Assembly: GCA_963848305.1 (NCBI GenBank)
Contig: CAWKDC010000001.1
Coordinates: 800,001-864,000, forward strand
Source of the DNA: an uncultured Gammaproteobacteria bacterium
GTDB taxonomy: Bacteria > Pseudomonadota > Gammaproteobacteria > JABCZS01
DNA length: 64,000 nt
Reading direction: 5' to 3'
In this document: in pieces, positions 31,262-41,584 of the stretch
Position numbering within the stretch: the first letter of the stretch is position 1
How the letters are laid out: the number at the start of each line of letters is the position of its first letter
Program-made: the position numbers and the translations under genes
The notes under the pieces: model-generated
Seen by the model: the letters and a program-made list of their open reading frames with translations, nothing else
Databases searched by the model: none
Told to the model about the DNA's origin: nothing

Positions 31262-31786
31262 GTGGGAGTATGTATGATAACTCATTCAAGAAATCTAAGT
31301 CTGCTGACAGCAGGGACAGGCCTGGCTGCGCTAGGGTTAATGCTTGGTGCCGATACGAATGGGAACGATAATGCCTACGATGGTATTGAAACGTCCTTTG
31401 TTTTTGCCAAGTCTTTCGCCCTTGAAACTATGTTACCTTTAATGGCGGGAGCGATTTTGTTGCTGGGGTCAGGAGGACTTTTGTTTCTTCTACAGAATAA
31501 GGATGACGAACGTTATAGGGTTCTTCTCCATAAGATAACGCCATTATTCGCTGCAGTGGTCATGATCGGCGCATGCTTTTCACTTTATAATGGTTTTGGG
31601 CCTGAAATGACAGGTGATGAGTGGAATCAACCTTCCAACAATATGGAAAAGGGTATTTTTGGTGGTCTATGGGGTGGTTTATTGGCAGCAGCGACAGGGA
31701 CTTTTGTCGGTCATACTTACCAGGCATTCAGAGCAAAATCGACCGATACTGGTGCAAGTAGCAATAGCGCAACACTACTCTCCTGA
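31262..31786 (+). CDS. Hypothetical membrane protein (about 4 TM)
   Basis: Four hydrophobic segments and an upstream promoter; start may be ATG at 31274. Confidence 0.65.
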   Translation: MGVCMITHSRNLSLLTAGTGLAALGLMLGADTNGNDNAYDGIETSFVFAKSFALETMLPLMAGAILLLGSGGLLFLLQNKDDERYRVLLHKITPLFAAVVMIGACFSLYNGFGPEMTGDEWNQPSNNMEKGIFGGLWGGLLAAATGTFVGHTYQAFRAKSTDTGASSNSATLLS

Positions 31787-31917
31787 ATGCGCTTTGTGTG
31801 AAAACACAAGTAATTTTCCTATATCACCGCTTTCGCGGGGGTAAACTCCCTTGCGCCCGTGCCCCGCAGGATCGGAGCCAATACAAGATATGATAATGGT
31901 ATCATTTTTTGTTGAAT

Positions 31918-32274
31918 CTATATATCCTTCACTCGGCACATGATAAACAGGAATAAACAAAATGATACGTCCATTGTAAAAATGAGGACACCAACTCTCA
32001 TTAACCAATGGGGCATCGCTTCTTTATAAATGCGAGCCAATTTTGAACGCATATAAAGACTGTAATATAAAACAACCAGGCCTGAGCCTAGCGTAACATT
32101 ACCCAATGGGGAAGAATAAAATGGCATATTCATATATTGATTAAATTTTCTTGAAAGATGAATACATGTGATGAGGCGAAATGGGATATAAATAAATCCA
32201 AAATAGCCTGTCAAAAGAAAAAAAGCACTTTCAGAGAAAGTATGGGTTCTACAAATATCAATGATCGAATTCAA
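31918..32274 (-). CDS. Small membrane protein, candidate immunity protein
   Basis: 118 aa, 2-3 TM, AT-rich, ATGA overlap with the upstream toxin-like ORF. Confidence 0.6.
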   Translation of the reverse strand: MNSIIDICRTHTFSESAFFLLTGYFGFIYIPFRLITCIHLSRKFNQYMNMPFYSSPLGNVTLGSGLVVLYYSLYMRSKLARIYKEAMPHWLMRVGVLIFTMDVSFCLFLFIMCRVKDI

Positions 32275-33275
32275 TGGCTGCCCCCTGCTTCGATTGATAA
32301 AGATTCTGGTTTTTGAAAAACACCTTGATGACGATACTCATAAAATGTCAAGAATGCATCTTGTCCCATTTGCTCAAAATCTTCACTGATAAACCCATTG
32401 ACTATCATCCCGACGCCTGCAGATGCTAAGGCGATCGATATTGGGCCTGCACCAGGTGCAATGACAGCAGAAACAGCAACTACACCAAGACCAGCGATTC
32501 TTGGCACAGCTGAACCTGATCCAAAACGGCCCGCAAATTTTCCCCATTCACTATAGGTTTCTCTAGTACACGCCTCTTCACTCAAATATTCACACGCAGT
32601 TGAAATTTTTTCTTGCGTGTCATTAAAATCAAGTGCGATTAAACTGATGCCGCCGAGTTTCGCCGCGCCATGCAATACAGTGACAGAACGATACAATTCA
32701 TCAAGAGGTGCCAAACGCCAAGTGGTAGGAACCCAGCGGTGCAAAGTATGTTGCGCGCGCAAGCCCATATCCACGACAGTGCTCGCGGTCAGTTGCCCGC
32801 CCTTCACCAGCCTGTCACAAAAACTGGCTGTCATTCTGTCCATATTTTTCACAGCTTGTTCACGCATGGCTTTCAATGCTTGTCCCTTTGGATGTTGTTG
32901 ATAGGCATCAGCCAACTGTTGGATGTGGCCTTTCATGGCGCCGAAAAATGCGTCGGCGACACCGGTTGTCATGCCCCACCGCTGCTTTGAGATATCTTCT
33001 ATCGATCGATACTCACCTTCCTTCTGTCCAACCGATTCCGCAAAACTGCCATATAATGCAAAATGATTTGTAAATTGCGGTGCTTCTGAAGCAGGAATTT
33101 TGGATCGGTGTGACTCAATTTTCCTCGCACTCTCGATCAAATCTGCCTTGAATGTTTGAAAAGCCCGGCTTTGCTCAGACACAATATAAAAAATTTGCCC
33201 AGGCTGAATCTGTTGAGCGAGATGCGGATTGGAATCGACAAAATGTGATCCTGCCCTTATCACTCGGATTTTCAT
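32271..33275 (-). CDS. Putative toxin/effector domain with a C-terminal Gly/Ala-rich hydrophobic hairpin; probably the frameshifted 3' part of vgrG
   Basis: GKFAGRFGSG..GLGVVAVSAVIAPGAGPISIALASAGVG; overlaps the vgrG ORF by 101 nt and has no convincing RBS. Confidence 0.55.
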   Translation of the reverse strand: MKIRVIRAGSHFVDSNPHLAQQIQPGQIFYIVSEQSRAFQTFKADLIESARKIESHRSKIPASEAPQFTNHFALYGSFAESVGQKEGEYRSIEDISKQRWGMTTGVADAFFGAMKGHIQQLADAYQQHPKGQALKAMREQAVKNMDRMTASFCDRLVKGGQLTASTVVDMGLRAQHTLHRWVPTTWRLAPLDELYRSVTVLHGAAKLGGISLIALDFNDTQEKISTACEYLSEEACTRETYSEWGKFAGRFGSGSAVPRIAGLGVVAVSAVIAPGAGPISIALASAGVGMIVNGFISEDFEQMGQDAFLTFYEYRHQGVFQKPESLSIEAGGSH

Positions 33276-35547
33276 ACACTGAATTCAACACATCCTCAAA
33301 GGTACATTGCACCGGCGCAATGCTGAAATAAAGATCCCCAAGCTCACCCGGCTTAATCGGTTTTCCGTAAAACAGCGCGGATTGTCTCGGAGCAATCTGG
33401 TGAAAAACCAATGGAATGATCTGGTGACTGTTTGTCGATGCTGGTGACGTATTTTTAGGTGACAATGAGTGAACATGTGATGAGACATGTTCAGTTGAAT
33501 GCTTTTCGCCACTGCCAAAATTCACTTTGCCTTTTAAGGCTATTTTTTCAGCATTGATTTCAAACTTTTCGTCTGCCGAAAAAGTGATTCCTTCCCGATC
33601 AATCACACACGATACTTTCCCATCCCCTGACATCAACACAATTTTTTCATCGGACTCAATGATCATATTCTTGCCTGATTTCAATGATACTTCACCCGAA
33701 ACAATCATTTTGAAATCGCCATCTTTGGCATTCACGGTCACGGATTCCCCTGACTTGAGATTGAAGTGTTTATGATCGATTTCAAGATCTTGACCTGATT
33801 CAATCAACAAGTTTTTTTGAATGGTTGTCTTAATAGATTTTTTGGCGATCAATGAAATATTACCATCAAGCGATTTGACACGTTGTGATGTTCGCGCAGA
33901 TAGAATAGCTTCTTTTTTTGATACAGCGTTCCATGATCCGGATGTTTTCTGTGTGATATTCTGTCCGGCACTGATAGACAATAAACCGGCACTCTGAAGT
34001 GATATGCCCTGAGACTGTCCATTTTCCATGATCAACCCATGATGCGGAGATAGCTGCAGTGCAATGCCGGGATTTGCAGGATCATCATTCATGCGCAATT
34101 GCTGGCCACCACGGGTTGAAATCACATGTTGAAAGGGATCTGATTGAATACCTGAAATGTTTTCCTCAGGCATAACACCGACAATCACGGGAAGATCCAT
34201 TTCACCGTATAAAAAACTGATCAACACACGTGTCTGATCATGCAATGGAAAATTAAATCCTCCATCGGGACTCACGTAAGGCCGTATGCGCGGGAGATTT
34301 AAGATTGTCTTCTCATCAGAGAGATTGCCTTGAAAAATAACATGCTCTTCACCACGATCATTCAATAATGGACTTTCATGATTTCCTTGAATACGTGCTT
34401 CCATCAATAAAGGCAAAACAGTTTTAGGTGGTGATACAGCTCGCCAGGGTGCATTACTGGGCTGCAATATCAATTCATTATGATAACGAAGCGATTTTCC
34501 CCATAAAAAAAGGTGATGCTTCACATATCGAATCAAACACCTTGTCTCCTGTCCTTTGGCAACATCAACCACGTTCACCCAATGTCCAGCCTTCAGAGCA
34601 ATCGCATTGCTTTTTGCAGTGAAATATCGATAACCTTGCCCCTGCTCTTTTATTGTGATGTGTTGTGATGCACAAAGTGCAGTGAGGGACTGCGCATCAT
34701 ATTTGAATTGCTTGAAAGGTTTTGCGACGGTTCCTGCTTGATTGCCAGGCACACCTAAACACGAAATGCCGCTGTATAATCGAACGGGATGTTGATCTTC
34801 CCAATGCTTTTCTGAATCCCAATACTCTTCCGGTGTGATCGCAAATCGAAAAATATCTTCAAGTTCAAACGCACCTATTTGTTCTCCACCACTTTGAAGC
34901 AAATCTTCTTTTTCAACAAAAAAGAGTCTTTCAACACTGCAATAGCTTAATTGTTCTGGAGCGTTGACGAAATGAATGACCGGCTTATCTGTTGATTGCC
35001 AAATCACGATATTTTCTTGTGCAGTTAATTTTATCAAACAATCGTAATCGTTTTGGAGGACTTGCACTATGCGCGGACGAATGCTGCGGCAATCAAAATG
35101 CCATTGCATGGATGCCGACCCAATACCATGACGCATCAGCAATGCACTGACCCAGTCCTTTAAAGGGACCTCTTTGTCGGCGCGCAAGTGAACAGTCCCC
35201 TGCTTCAACTGGTGGAGCAGGCTCTCTAATTGACAATGAATTTTCCATGTTCCTGTCTCGGTCTCTTCCTGTGTGAAGGAAGAACACTTCCCGATCCAAG
35301 CGCGAACATCTCCATGTGCATCCTCGAGAGAGAAGCGCCATGTGTGTAAGATAAAATCTGTGCGATTCTGTGGATTGGCACAGTGACATGTGATCTCGAG
35401 GTTGAATGATCGACAAATCGCCTCTGTGATCGTGGCAGCAATAACGGAAAATGAAAAAGAGTCACGTTCTAAGGCGGCCTTGACGGGCATGTGGCCATTG
35501 GGATTAACAGATGAAGCAGTGTTTGGGTGCCGCATGAAAGAGTCCAT
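33175..35547 (-). CDS. vgrG: Divergent VgrG-like spike protein
   Basis: gp27-like hub (LLMRHGI, VQVLQNDYD..KL..ENI), gp5 OB fold (RPYVSPDGGFNFPLHDQTRVLISFLYGEMDLPVIVG), beta-helix repeats. Confidence 0.8.
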   Translation of the reverse strand: MDSFMRHPNTASSVNPNGHMPVKAALERDSFSFSVIAATITEAICRSFNLEITCHCANPQNRTDFILHTWRFSLEDAHGDVRAWIGKCSSFTQEETETGTWKIHCQLESLLHQLKQGTVHLRADKEVPLKDWVSALLMRHGIGSASMQWHFDCRSIRPRIVQVLQNDYDCLIKLTAQENIVIWQSTDKPVIHFVNAPEQLSYCSVERLFFVEKEDLLQSGGEQIGAFELEDIFRFAITPEEYWDSEKHWEDQHPVRLYSGISCLGVPGNQAGTVAKPFKQFKYDAQSLTALCASQHITIKEQGQGYRYFTAKSNAIALKAGHWVNVVDVAKGQETRCLIRYVKHHLFLWGKSLRYHNELILQPSNAPWRAVSPPKTVLPLLMEARIQGNHESPLLNDRGEEHVIFQGNLSDEKTILNLPRIRPYVSPDGGFNFPLHDQTRVLISFLYGEMDLPVIVGVMPEENISGIQSDPFQHVISTRGGQQLRMNDDPANPGIALQLSPHHGLIMENGQSQGISLQSAGLLSISAGQNITQKTSGSWNAVSKKEAILSARTSQRVKSLDGNISLIAKKSIKTTIQKNLLIESGQDLEIDHKHFNLKSGESVTVNAKDGDFKMIVSGEVSLKSGKNMIIESDEKIVLMSGDGKVSCVIDREGITFSADEKFEINAEKIALKGKVNFGSGEKHSTEHVSSHVHSLSPKNTSPASTNSHQIIPLVFHQIAPRQSALFYGKPIKPGELGDLYFSIAPVQCTFEDVLNSVYENPSDKGRITFCRFQSASRSTDSAWANFLYCV

Positions 35548-35585
35548 TCTTATTATTTTTTCAGATAATCATTATTTTATAGATC

Positions 35586-35606
35586 ATCCCCGCCAAAGGC
35601 GGGGAT
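35586..35606 (-). terminator. Hairpin downstream of rplQ, at the island border
   Basis: ATCCCCGCC-AAA-GGCGGGGAT stem; weak U tract. Confidence 0.55.
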
Positions 35607-35622
35607 ATTAACAACTCATCAA

Positions 35623-35985
35623 TTACGCGATTGCATCAACCAGCTGAACATAGGCCATGGGTGCTTTATCGCCAGGACGAACACCACATTTCAAAATGCG
35701 CGTGTAACCGCCAGGGCGTTTGGCATTAGCAGGGCCGACTTTTTCAAATAATTTACGAACAGCATCATCATCGCGGAGGCGATCGAATGCCAAGCGTCGA
35801 TTTGCCACTGAATCCTCTTTCGCCAATGTGATGAAAGGTTCAGCCATACGGCGCAGTTCTTTTGCTTTGGGCAATGTGGTTCTGATGGTTTCATGTTTAA
35901 TCAAAGACGCAATCATGTTAGCGAACATCGCTTTGCGATGACTGCTTGTTCTGCTTAACTGACGTCCGGTATTACGGTGTCGCAT
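35623..35985 (-). CDS. rplQ: 50S ribosomal protein L17
   Basis: [22 protein letters not shown]. Confidence 0.98.
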   Translation of the reverse strand: MRHRNTGRQLSRTSSHRKAMFANMIASLIKHETIRTTLPKAKELRRMAEPFITLAKEDSVANRRLAFDRLRDDDAVRKLFEKVGPANAKRPGGYTRILKCGVRPGDKAPMAYVQLVDAIA

Positions 35986-36012
35986 AATGTCTAACCTCTT
36001 GTTACCATTTGA

Positions 36013-36060
36013 GGGCGCAAATATGCGCCCCTACAATCCGGGGCAAATAATTGCCCCTAT
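36013..36060 (-). repeat. Two tandem REP-like palindromes
   Basis: Consensus copy 36013-36034 and variant ATAGGGGCAATTATTTGCCCC at 36040-36060. Confidence 0.8.
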
Positions 36061-36063
36061 TCA

Positions 36064-37047
36064 TTACATACTCTTCAGTGATTCGGGCGGCCAGTTGTCA
36101 ACACGCATGCCCAATGACAGGCCACGGGTAGACAACACTTCTTTGATTTCATTCAAAGATTTTTTGCCCAAATTCGGTGTCTTCAACAGTTCACTTTCGG
36201 TGCGCTGAATCAAATCACCTATGTAAAATATGTTTTCCGCTTTCAAGCAATTGGCAGAGCGAACGGTCAATTCGAGATCATCCACAGTGCGCAAGAGCAG
36301 GGGATCAATTTGAGCCACTTCTCGTTTTGCATCTGCAGCTTGTTCCGCTTCCAAATCAACAAAAACACCCAACTGATCACGCAAAATCTTGGCCGCACGG
36401 CGAATAGCTTCTTCAGGATCAATCGTGCCATTTGTCACAAGATCAATCGTTAGCTTATCAAGATCGGTGCGTTGTTTCACACGGGCATTATCCACATGAT
36501 AGGATACTTTGCGAACAGGCGAGAAACTGGCGTCTAACACTAATTGACCAATTTTCAACTCTTCATCCGTTTCCACTTGTGTGGCTGGTACATAACCGCG
36601 ACCCAATGCAACGGTAATCGTCATGCTGATTTCAGCATTGCCAGTGATGTGACAAATGACTTGTTCTGGATTAATAATATCCACATCCGCGTCGGATTGA
36701 ATATCGCCTGCCAAAACAGGACCCCGACCTGATTTTTTCAGTGTCAATACTTTTGTCATACCATGATTCAGGATGATGGCAATATTCTTCAGGTTGAGTA
36801 GAATTTCAACCACGTCTTCCTGAATGCCATCAATCGTCGTATATTCATGCAATACGTTTTCAATTTCCACTTTAACAATGGCAGCCCCAGGCATAGAAGA
36901 CAGTAAAACACGGCGCAGTGCGAAACCCAGGGTGGAACCAAATCCACGTTCCAGGGGTTCCAACACAATGCGTGCACTGTGGCGGCCAAGTTGTTCCACT
37001 TCCACGATACGTGGCTTCAAAAATTCATTTGGCGAGGAGCTTTCCAT
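36064..37047 (-). CDS. rpoA: RNA polymerase alpha subunit
   Basis: [32 protein letters not shown]. Confidence 0.98.
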   Translation of the reverse strand: MESSSPNEFLKPRIVEVEQLGRHSARIVLEPLERGFGSTLGFALRRVLLSSMPGAAIVKVEIENVLHEYTTIDGIQEDVVEILLNLKNIAIILNHGMTKVLTLKKSGRGPVLAGDIQSDADVDIINPEQVICHITGNAEISMTITVALGRGYVPATQVETDEELKIGQLVLDASFSPVRKVSYHVDNARVKQRTDLDKLTIDLVTNGTIDPEEAIRRAAKILRDQLGVFVDLEAEQAADAKREVAQIDPLLLRTVDDLELTVRSANCLKAENIFYIGDLIQRTESELLKTPNLGKKSLNEIKEVLSTRGLSLGMRVDNWPPESLKSM

Positions 37048-37068
37048 CGACGCATCTCCAGTTAGAAA

Positions 37069-37692
37069 TTATTTCGAATAGAGCTCAACGATGAGCTGTT
37101 CATTAATGTCTGATGGCAAATCGCTGCGCTCAGGCATGCGGAGGAATGTTCCTTGCATGGCTGCAGCATCAACTTGTACCCAATCTGAATCATGCTGTTC
37201 GGCAAAATCCAGCGCAGACTTAACACGGAGTTGTTGCTTGGAGCGTTCCTTCAATGCCACCACATCACCTGGCTTCAAAATATAAGAAGGGATGTTAATG
37301 ATGCGTCCGTTCACCATCACCGAGCGATGGCTCACCAATTGACGGGCTTCAGAGCGTGATGCACCAAAACCCATGCGATATACAACACTGTCTAAACGCG
37401 ATTCAAGCAAAGCCAGCAGGTTATGACCTGTAGGACCTTTACGTCTTGCGGCTTCTTTGTAATAGAGCTTGAATTGCTCTTCAATCAAACCATAAATACG
37501 GCGTACCTTTTGCTTTTCGCGCATCATGACGCCATAGTTACTTAAGCGGGTACGCGCCTTACCATGTTGACCAGGAGGCGTGTTACGCTTCTCAATGGCA
37601 CATTTGGCAGTGAAACATTTCGTGCCCTTTAGAAAAAGCTTTTGACCTTCACGTCTGCATTGACGGCATTTTGGTCCGTGTATATCTGACAT
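37069..37692 (-). CDS. rpsD: 30S ribosomal protein S4 (four-Cys type)
   Basis: [32 protein letters not shown]. Confidence 0.98.
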   Translation of the reverse strand: MSDIHGPKCRQCRREGQKLFLKGTKCFTAKCAIEKRNTPPGQHGKARTRLSNYGVMMREKQKVRRIYGLIEEQFKLYYKEAARRKGPTGHNLLALLESRLDSVVYRMGFGASRSEARQLVSHRSVMVNGRIINIPSYILKPGDVVALKERSKQQLRVKSALDFAEQHDSDWVQVDAAAMQGTFLRMPERSDLPSDINEQLIVELYSK

Positions 37693-37774
37693 ATGCTCTC
37701 TACTCCAACAATAAAAACCCAACTGACAAGACAATCCGACATCTTGCAGATATCGTAAGGCGCTCCCCTACGGA

Positions 37775-38170
37775 TTAAATTCTACGCTCACCTGCATCGC
37801 GGCACCCGTTGTGGGGAACCCCGGTCTTATCTAATATCTCTGATATCGCAAAGAATTTTCCCAACGCTTTGATAGCGGGTTCGCGACCAGGGCCAGCGCC
37901 CTTGATAACGATTGCCACGCTTTTCAAACCATACGCTTGCGCTGCTTCAGAAGCCTTCTCGCCAGCCATTTGGGCTGCATAAGGTGTGCTTTTACGCGAA
38001 CCCTTAAACCCACAAGCGCCTGAAGAAGAGCAGCACAAAGGATTCCCGACACGATCCGAGATAGTGATGATCGTGTTATTAAAAGATGCTCGAACGTGCG
38101 CGACGCCATCAAGAACCTTACGAACTTTACGTACTTTATCTTTCTTTTTCGATTTTGCAGCTGTTGCCAT
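37775..38170 (-). CDS. rpsK: 30S ribosomal protein S11
   Basis: [30 protein letters not shown]. Confidence 0.97.
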   Translation of the reverse strand: MATAAKSKKKDKVRKVRKVLDGVAHVRASFNNTIITISDRVGNPLCCSSSGACGFKGSRKSTPYAAQMAGEKASEAAQAYGLKSVAIVIKGAGPGREPAIKALGKFFAISEILDKTGVPHNGCRDAGERRI

Positions 38171-38196
38171 AATCTTTTCAACCTATATCAACGTTA

Positions 38197-38604
38197 TTAC
38201 TTCACACGAGATGCTGTTTTAGCATTATTACGTGTATTTTGGCCACGGCATGGGAGACCCATGAAATGACGCAAACCACGGTAGCTGCGAATCTTTTGAA
38301 GACGCATCTTGTTGCCCGCGACTTGTCTGCGCAGCTCACCTTCAACGGTATAGCGAGCCAGGACTTCACGAATCGCAGCTTCTTCTTCCGTTGTGATGAA
38401 ACGAGCCTTTTTAGAAGGATCGACACCCGCAGCCTTGCAAATTTCTAAAGCCCTGGGCTTACCTACGCCAAAGATGCTGGTCAAACCAGCCCATATATGG
38501 GCATTGAGGTTAATCTCAATACCGACAAATCTTAAACCCGTACGGCCACCCATTGGGGCGCCACGACCAGTTGAACCACTAGATGTGCTACCAGATACAC
38601 TCAC
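38197..38604 (-). CDS. rpsM: 30S ribosomal protein S13 with N-terminal extension
   Basis: LTSIFGVG, VEGELRR, YRGLRH..GLPCRGQNTRNNA. Confidence 0.95.
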   Translation of the reverse strand: MSVSGSTSSGSTGRGAPMGGRTGLRFVGIEINLNAHIWAGLTSIFGVGKPRALEICKAAGVDPSKKARFITTEEEAAIREVLARYTVEGELRRQVAGNKMRLQKIRSYRGLRHFMGLPCRGQNTRNNAKTASRVK

Positions 38605-38640
38605 AAGCTTCTTCCCATATCAAAATTAAAAGGACAAAGG

Positions 38641-38669
38641 ATCATAACCAGAACAACACAAAAGGTCAA
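38641..38669 (-). promoter_or_regulatory. Alpha operon promoter
   Basis: TTGACC-17 nt-TATGAT upstream of rpsM. Confidence 0.7.
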
Positions 38670-38682
38670 GCATTATAGCGCC

Positions 38683-38796
38683 CTAACCTTGTGCTTGTTT
38701 ATGGGTTTTTTCCTCACATTGAATGAGTACTCTACCCTTCCGGCGAATTACCTTACACTTCTTACAGCGCTTTTTGACAGACGCACGTACTATCAT
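38683..38796 (-). CDS. rpmJ: 50S ribosomal protein L36 (absent from the ORF track)
   Basis: Manual translation [37 protein letters not shown]; GAGGAG RBS. Confidence 0.95.
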   Translation of the reverse strand: MIVRASVKKRCKKCKVIRRKGRVLIQCEEKTHKQAQG

Positions 38797-38903
38797 TTTA
38801 TAACTCCTCGATAAACATCGTAAAATTCCCCGCATCACGTTACACGCGATGCTGCCCCCTTTTATAAGAGGGCAAATACCCCTTTCCCGACAAAAAAGTC
38901 AAC

Positions 38904-40186
38904 TTATTTAGGCTGAACCTTCTTCATCAATGACTCATACTGATAAGACATCAGATGGGTCTGAACCTGCTGCATCATATCCATCACCACTACGACCACA
39001 ATCAACAAAGAAGTGCCGCCGAAGACAAAGGGAACATTCCAGGCCAATACCATAAATTGAGGCAATAGGCACACAAAAGCCAGATAAAGTGCCCCTATCA
39101 AGGTAAGACGGGTCATGACAGTGTCAATGTACCGGGCTGTTTGCTCACCCGGGCGCATGCCTGGGATAAAAGCACCTGATTTCTTCAATGTGTCCGCGGT
39201 TTCTTCGGGATTATACACAAGTGCGGTATAAAAGAATGCAAAAAAGATGATGGCGACCAAAAATAATGCAATATAAAGGGGCTGCCCAGGAGAAAGCATG
39301 GCCGTCAAGGAGGACAGAAAGCCCGATTGACCCGCTGTAAAGAACTGGGAAATGGTTGCAGGGAATAATAGGATGGCCGAGGCAAAAATAGGGGGTATGA
39401 CGCCCGCCATATTGACTTTTAGGGGTAAATGGGTGGTTTGTGCGGCATAGACCTTATGGCCATGCTGGCGCTTGGCATAATTCACAGTGATGCGTCTTTG
39501 ACCGCGCTCAACAAACACGACGAAGGCAGTGATGGCGACAACGCCGATGGCCAGCACAATGAGTGTCAAGATGTTCATTTGACCTTCACGCGTCATCATG
39601 AGCACCTGACCTATGGCCCAGGGAAACCAGCCGCAATACCCGCAAAAATGATCAAGGAAATGCCATTGCCAATCCCCCGCTCAGTCATTTGTTCACCAAG
39701 CCACATCAGGAACATGGTGCCAGTGATCAGGGTGGTACAGACCACAAAGTAGAAGGGGAAACCGGTCATCAAGGCTACACCGGCACCTTGCAAAAACTTT
39801 GCCAATCCAATGGATTGAAACAAGGCCAAGCCTACTGTGCCCATCCGGGTATATTGGTTAATCTTGCGTCGACCCACATCACCCTGTTTCTTCAACTCAG
39901 CCATGGCTGGGGAAACAACAGACAACATTTGGGTAATAATAGAGGCGGAGATATAAGGCATGATACCGAGGGCAAAGACGGTAAAACGCGTTAATGCACC
40001 GCCAGAAAACATATTGAATAAATCAAGGATAGTGCTACCTTGTGCACTGAAAAACTCACGCAGCTTTACAGGGTCAATCCCAGGCACAGGAACATGTGAA
40101 CCGATGCGATACACAATGATCGCGCCAATCACGAATAAAATTTTATTTCTCAAGGCGACTAGCGGCGCCTGTGCTGGATTTGCCAT
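38904..40186 (-). CDS. secY: Preprotein translocase SecY with a 1-nt deletion near 39617
   Basis: [37 protein letters not shown]; repair gives AGFPGAIGQV. Confidence 0.96.
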
Positions 40187-40198
40187 GATATTTCCTTG

Positions 40199-40633
40199 TT
40201 AGGCGACGCTGCCACCTGCAGCTTCGATCAATTTCTGCGCACCTGCAGAAACACGTATGCCCACTACCTTGATAGGTTGCTTGAGTTCTGCTGTACCAAA
40301 AATTTTAACAAACTTGATCGTGTGGTTGATGAAGTCCATGGAACGCAATGTTTCGATGTTCACTTCTAACGCGTGATCCCAGGCAGCAAGGCTTTCCAAA
40401 TTCACTTCAGCTGTTTGACGACCGATACGTGATCTAAAACCATATTTTGCTAAACGGCGGTACAAAGGCATTTGTCCGCCTTCAAAGCCTGGACGAACAC
40501 CACCGCTTTTACGCGATTTTTGTCCCTTATGGCCTCGACCGCAAGTCTTACCCAAACCACTGCCTTGGCCGCGGCCAACACGTACACCCTTTTTGCGGGC
40601 TCCGGGTGCAGACTGTAATGTATTTAATTTCAT
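40199..40633 (-). CDS. rplO: 50S ribosomal protein L15
   Basis: GRGHKGQKSR, GFEGGQMPL. Confidence 0.98.
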   Translation of the reverse strand: MKLNTLQSAPGARKKGVRVGRGQGSGLGKTCGRGHKGQKSRKSGGVRPGFEGGQMPLYRRLAKYGFRSRIGRQTAEVNLESLAAWDHALEVNIETLRSMDFINHTIKFVKIFGTAELKQPIKVVGIRVSAGAQKLIEAAGGSVA

Positions 40634-40655
40634 GGCATAATCCTTTCTTACATCT

Positions 40656-41180
40656 TTATGAACCAGACTTCTCTGTAGCTTGGAGGTCGCTCACAGAAAT
40701 ACCACGCTTCGCCGCAATATATTCTGGAGAAGTCATGGAGGTGAGCCCTTTGAGTGTCGCATGAACGACATTCAGAGGATTGGATGAACCAATACACTTG
40801 CCCAACACATTATGAACGCCAGCGACTTCCAGAACAGCACGCATCGCGCCACCGGCGATAATACCCGTACCTTCGGTTGCAGGAAGCATGACAATCTTAG
40901 AGGCACCATGACGAGCATGCACATCATGGAACAAAGTGCCATGGTTCAGGTGAACCTTGATCATACTTCTACGTGCACTTTCTAAAGCTTTAGCAATCGC
41001 CAATGGCGCTTCAGCAGATTTACCTCTGCCTACGCCCACACGGCCATTACCATCACCCACGACCACGCAGGCCGCAAAGCTAAACCGACGACCGCCTTTT
41101 ACCACAGTCGCTGTACGCATAACGCCCACTAATCTTTCGAGAAGGCCGTCGCTCTTGGTTGTTGAGTCAAATCCAGACAT
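40656..41180 (-). CDS. rpsE: 30S ribosomal protein S5
   Basis: [21 protein letters not shown]. Confidence 0.98.
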   Translation of the reverse strand: MSGFDSTTKSDGLLERLVGVMRTATVVKGGRRFSFAACVVVGDGNGRVGVGRGKSAEAPLAIAKALESARRSMIKVHLNHGTLFHDVHARHGASKIVMLPATEGTGIIAGGAMRAVLEVAGVHNVLGKCIGSSNPLNVVHATLKGLTSMTSPEYIAAKRGISVSDLQATEKSGS

Positions 41181-41191
41181 TGATTACACCC

Positions 41192-41572
41192 TTAAAATTG
41201 TAAACCCGCTTCCCGTGCTTTATCTGCTAGCGCTTTGACACGCCCTTGATAAAGAAACCCGGAGCGGTCAAACGCAACATTTGTATACCCTGCTTCAATC
41301 GCCGCTTTAGCAATTGCAGCACCCACTTTTTCTGCCGCTTCTACATTACCTGTGTACTTGAGCTCTGTGCGCAAGGTAGGAGACAATGTTGAAACGCATG
41401 CAACAACTTCGTCAGAGATGCCACTCTTAGAAAGACCCTTTGGAACGATGATCTGTGCATAAATATGACGAGGTGTTTTGTGAACACACAAACGCACTTC
41501 GTTCAAACGACGTTGAATCGCCCGTGTCTTCTTGCTACGCCGTACGCGTGCAGCAACCTTTGAATTTTTCAT
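41192..41572 (-). CDS. rplR: 50S ribosomal protein L18
   Basis: HIYAQII, AFDRSGF.Y.GRVKALA. Confidence 0.97.
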   Translation of the reverse strand: MKNSKVAARVRRSKKTRAIQRRLNEVRLCVHKTPRHIYAQIIVPKGLSKSGISDEVVACVSTLSPTLRTELKYTGNVEAAEKVGAAIAKAAIEAGYTNVAFDRSGFLYQGRVKALADKAREAGLQF

Positions 41573-41584
41573 GATCAAACCTTC

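Noticed and set aside
33175-35547. Prophage tail region
   Set aside because: No integrase, capsid, sheath or baseplate genes nearby; motifs fit VgrG
37754-37772. Possible additional REP between rpsK and rpsD
   Set aside because: Only GTAGGGG matches and the stem is too degenerate to call
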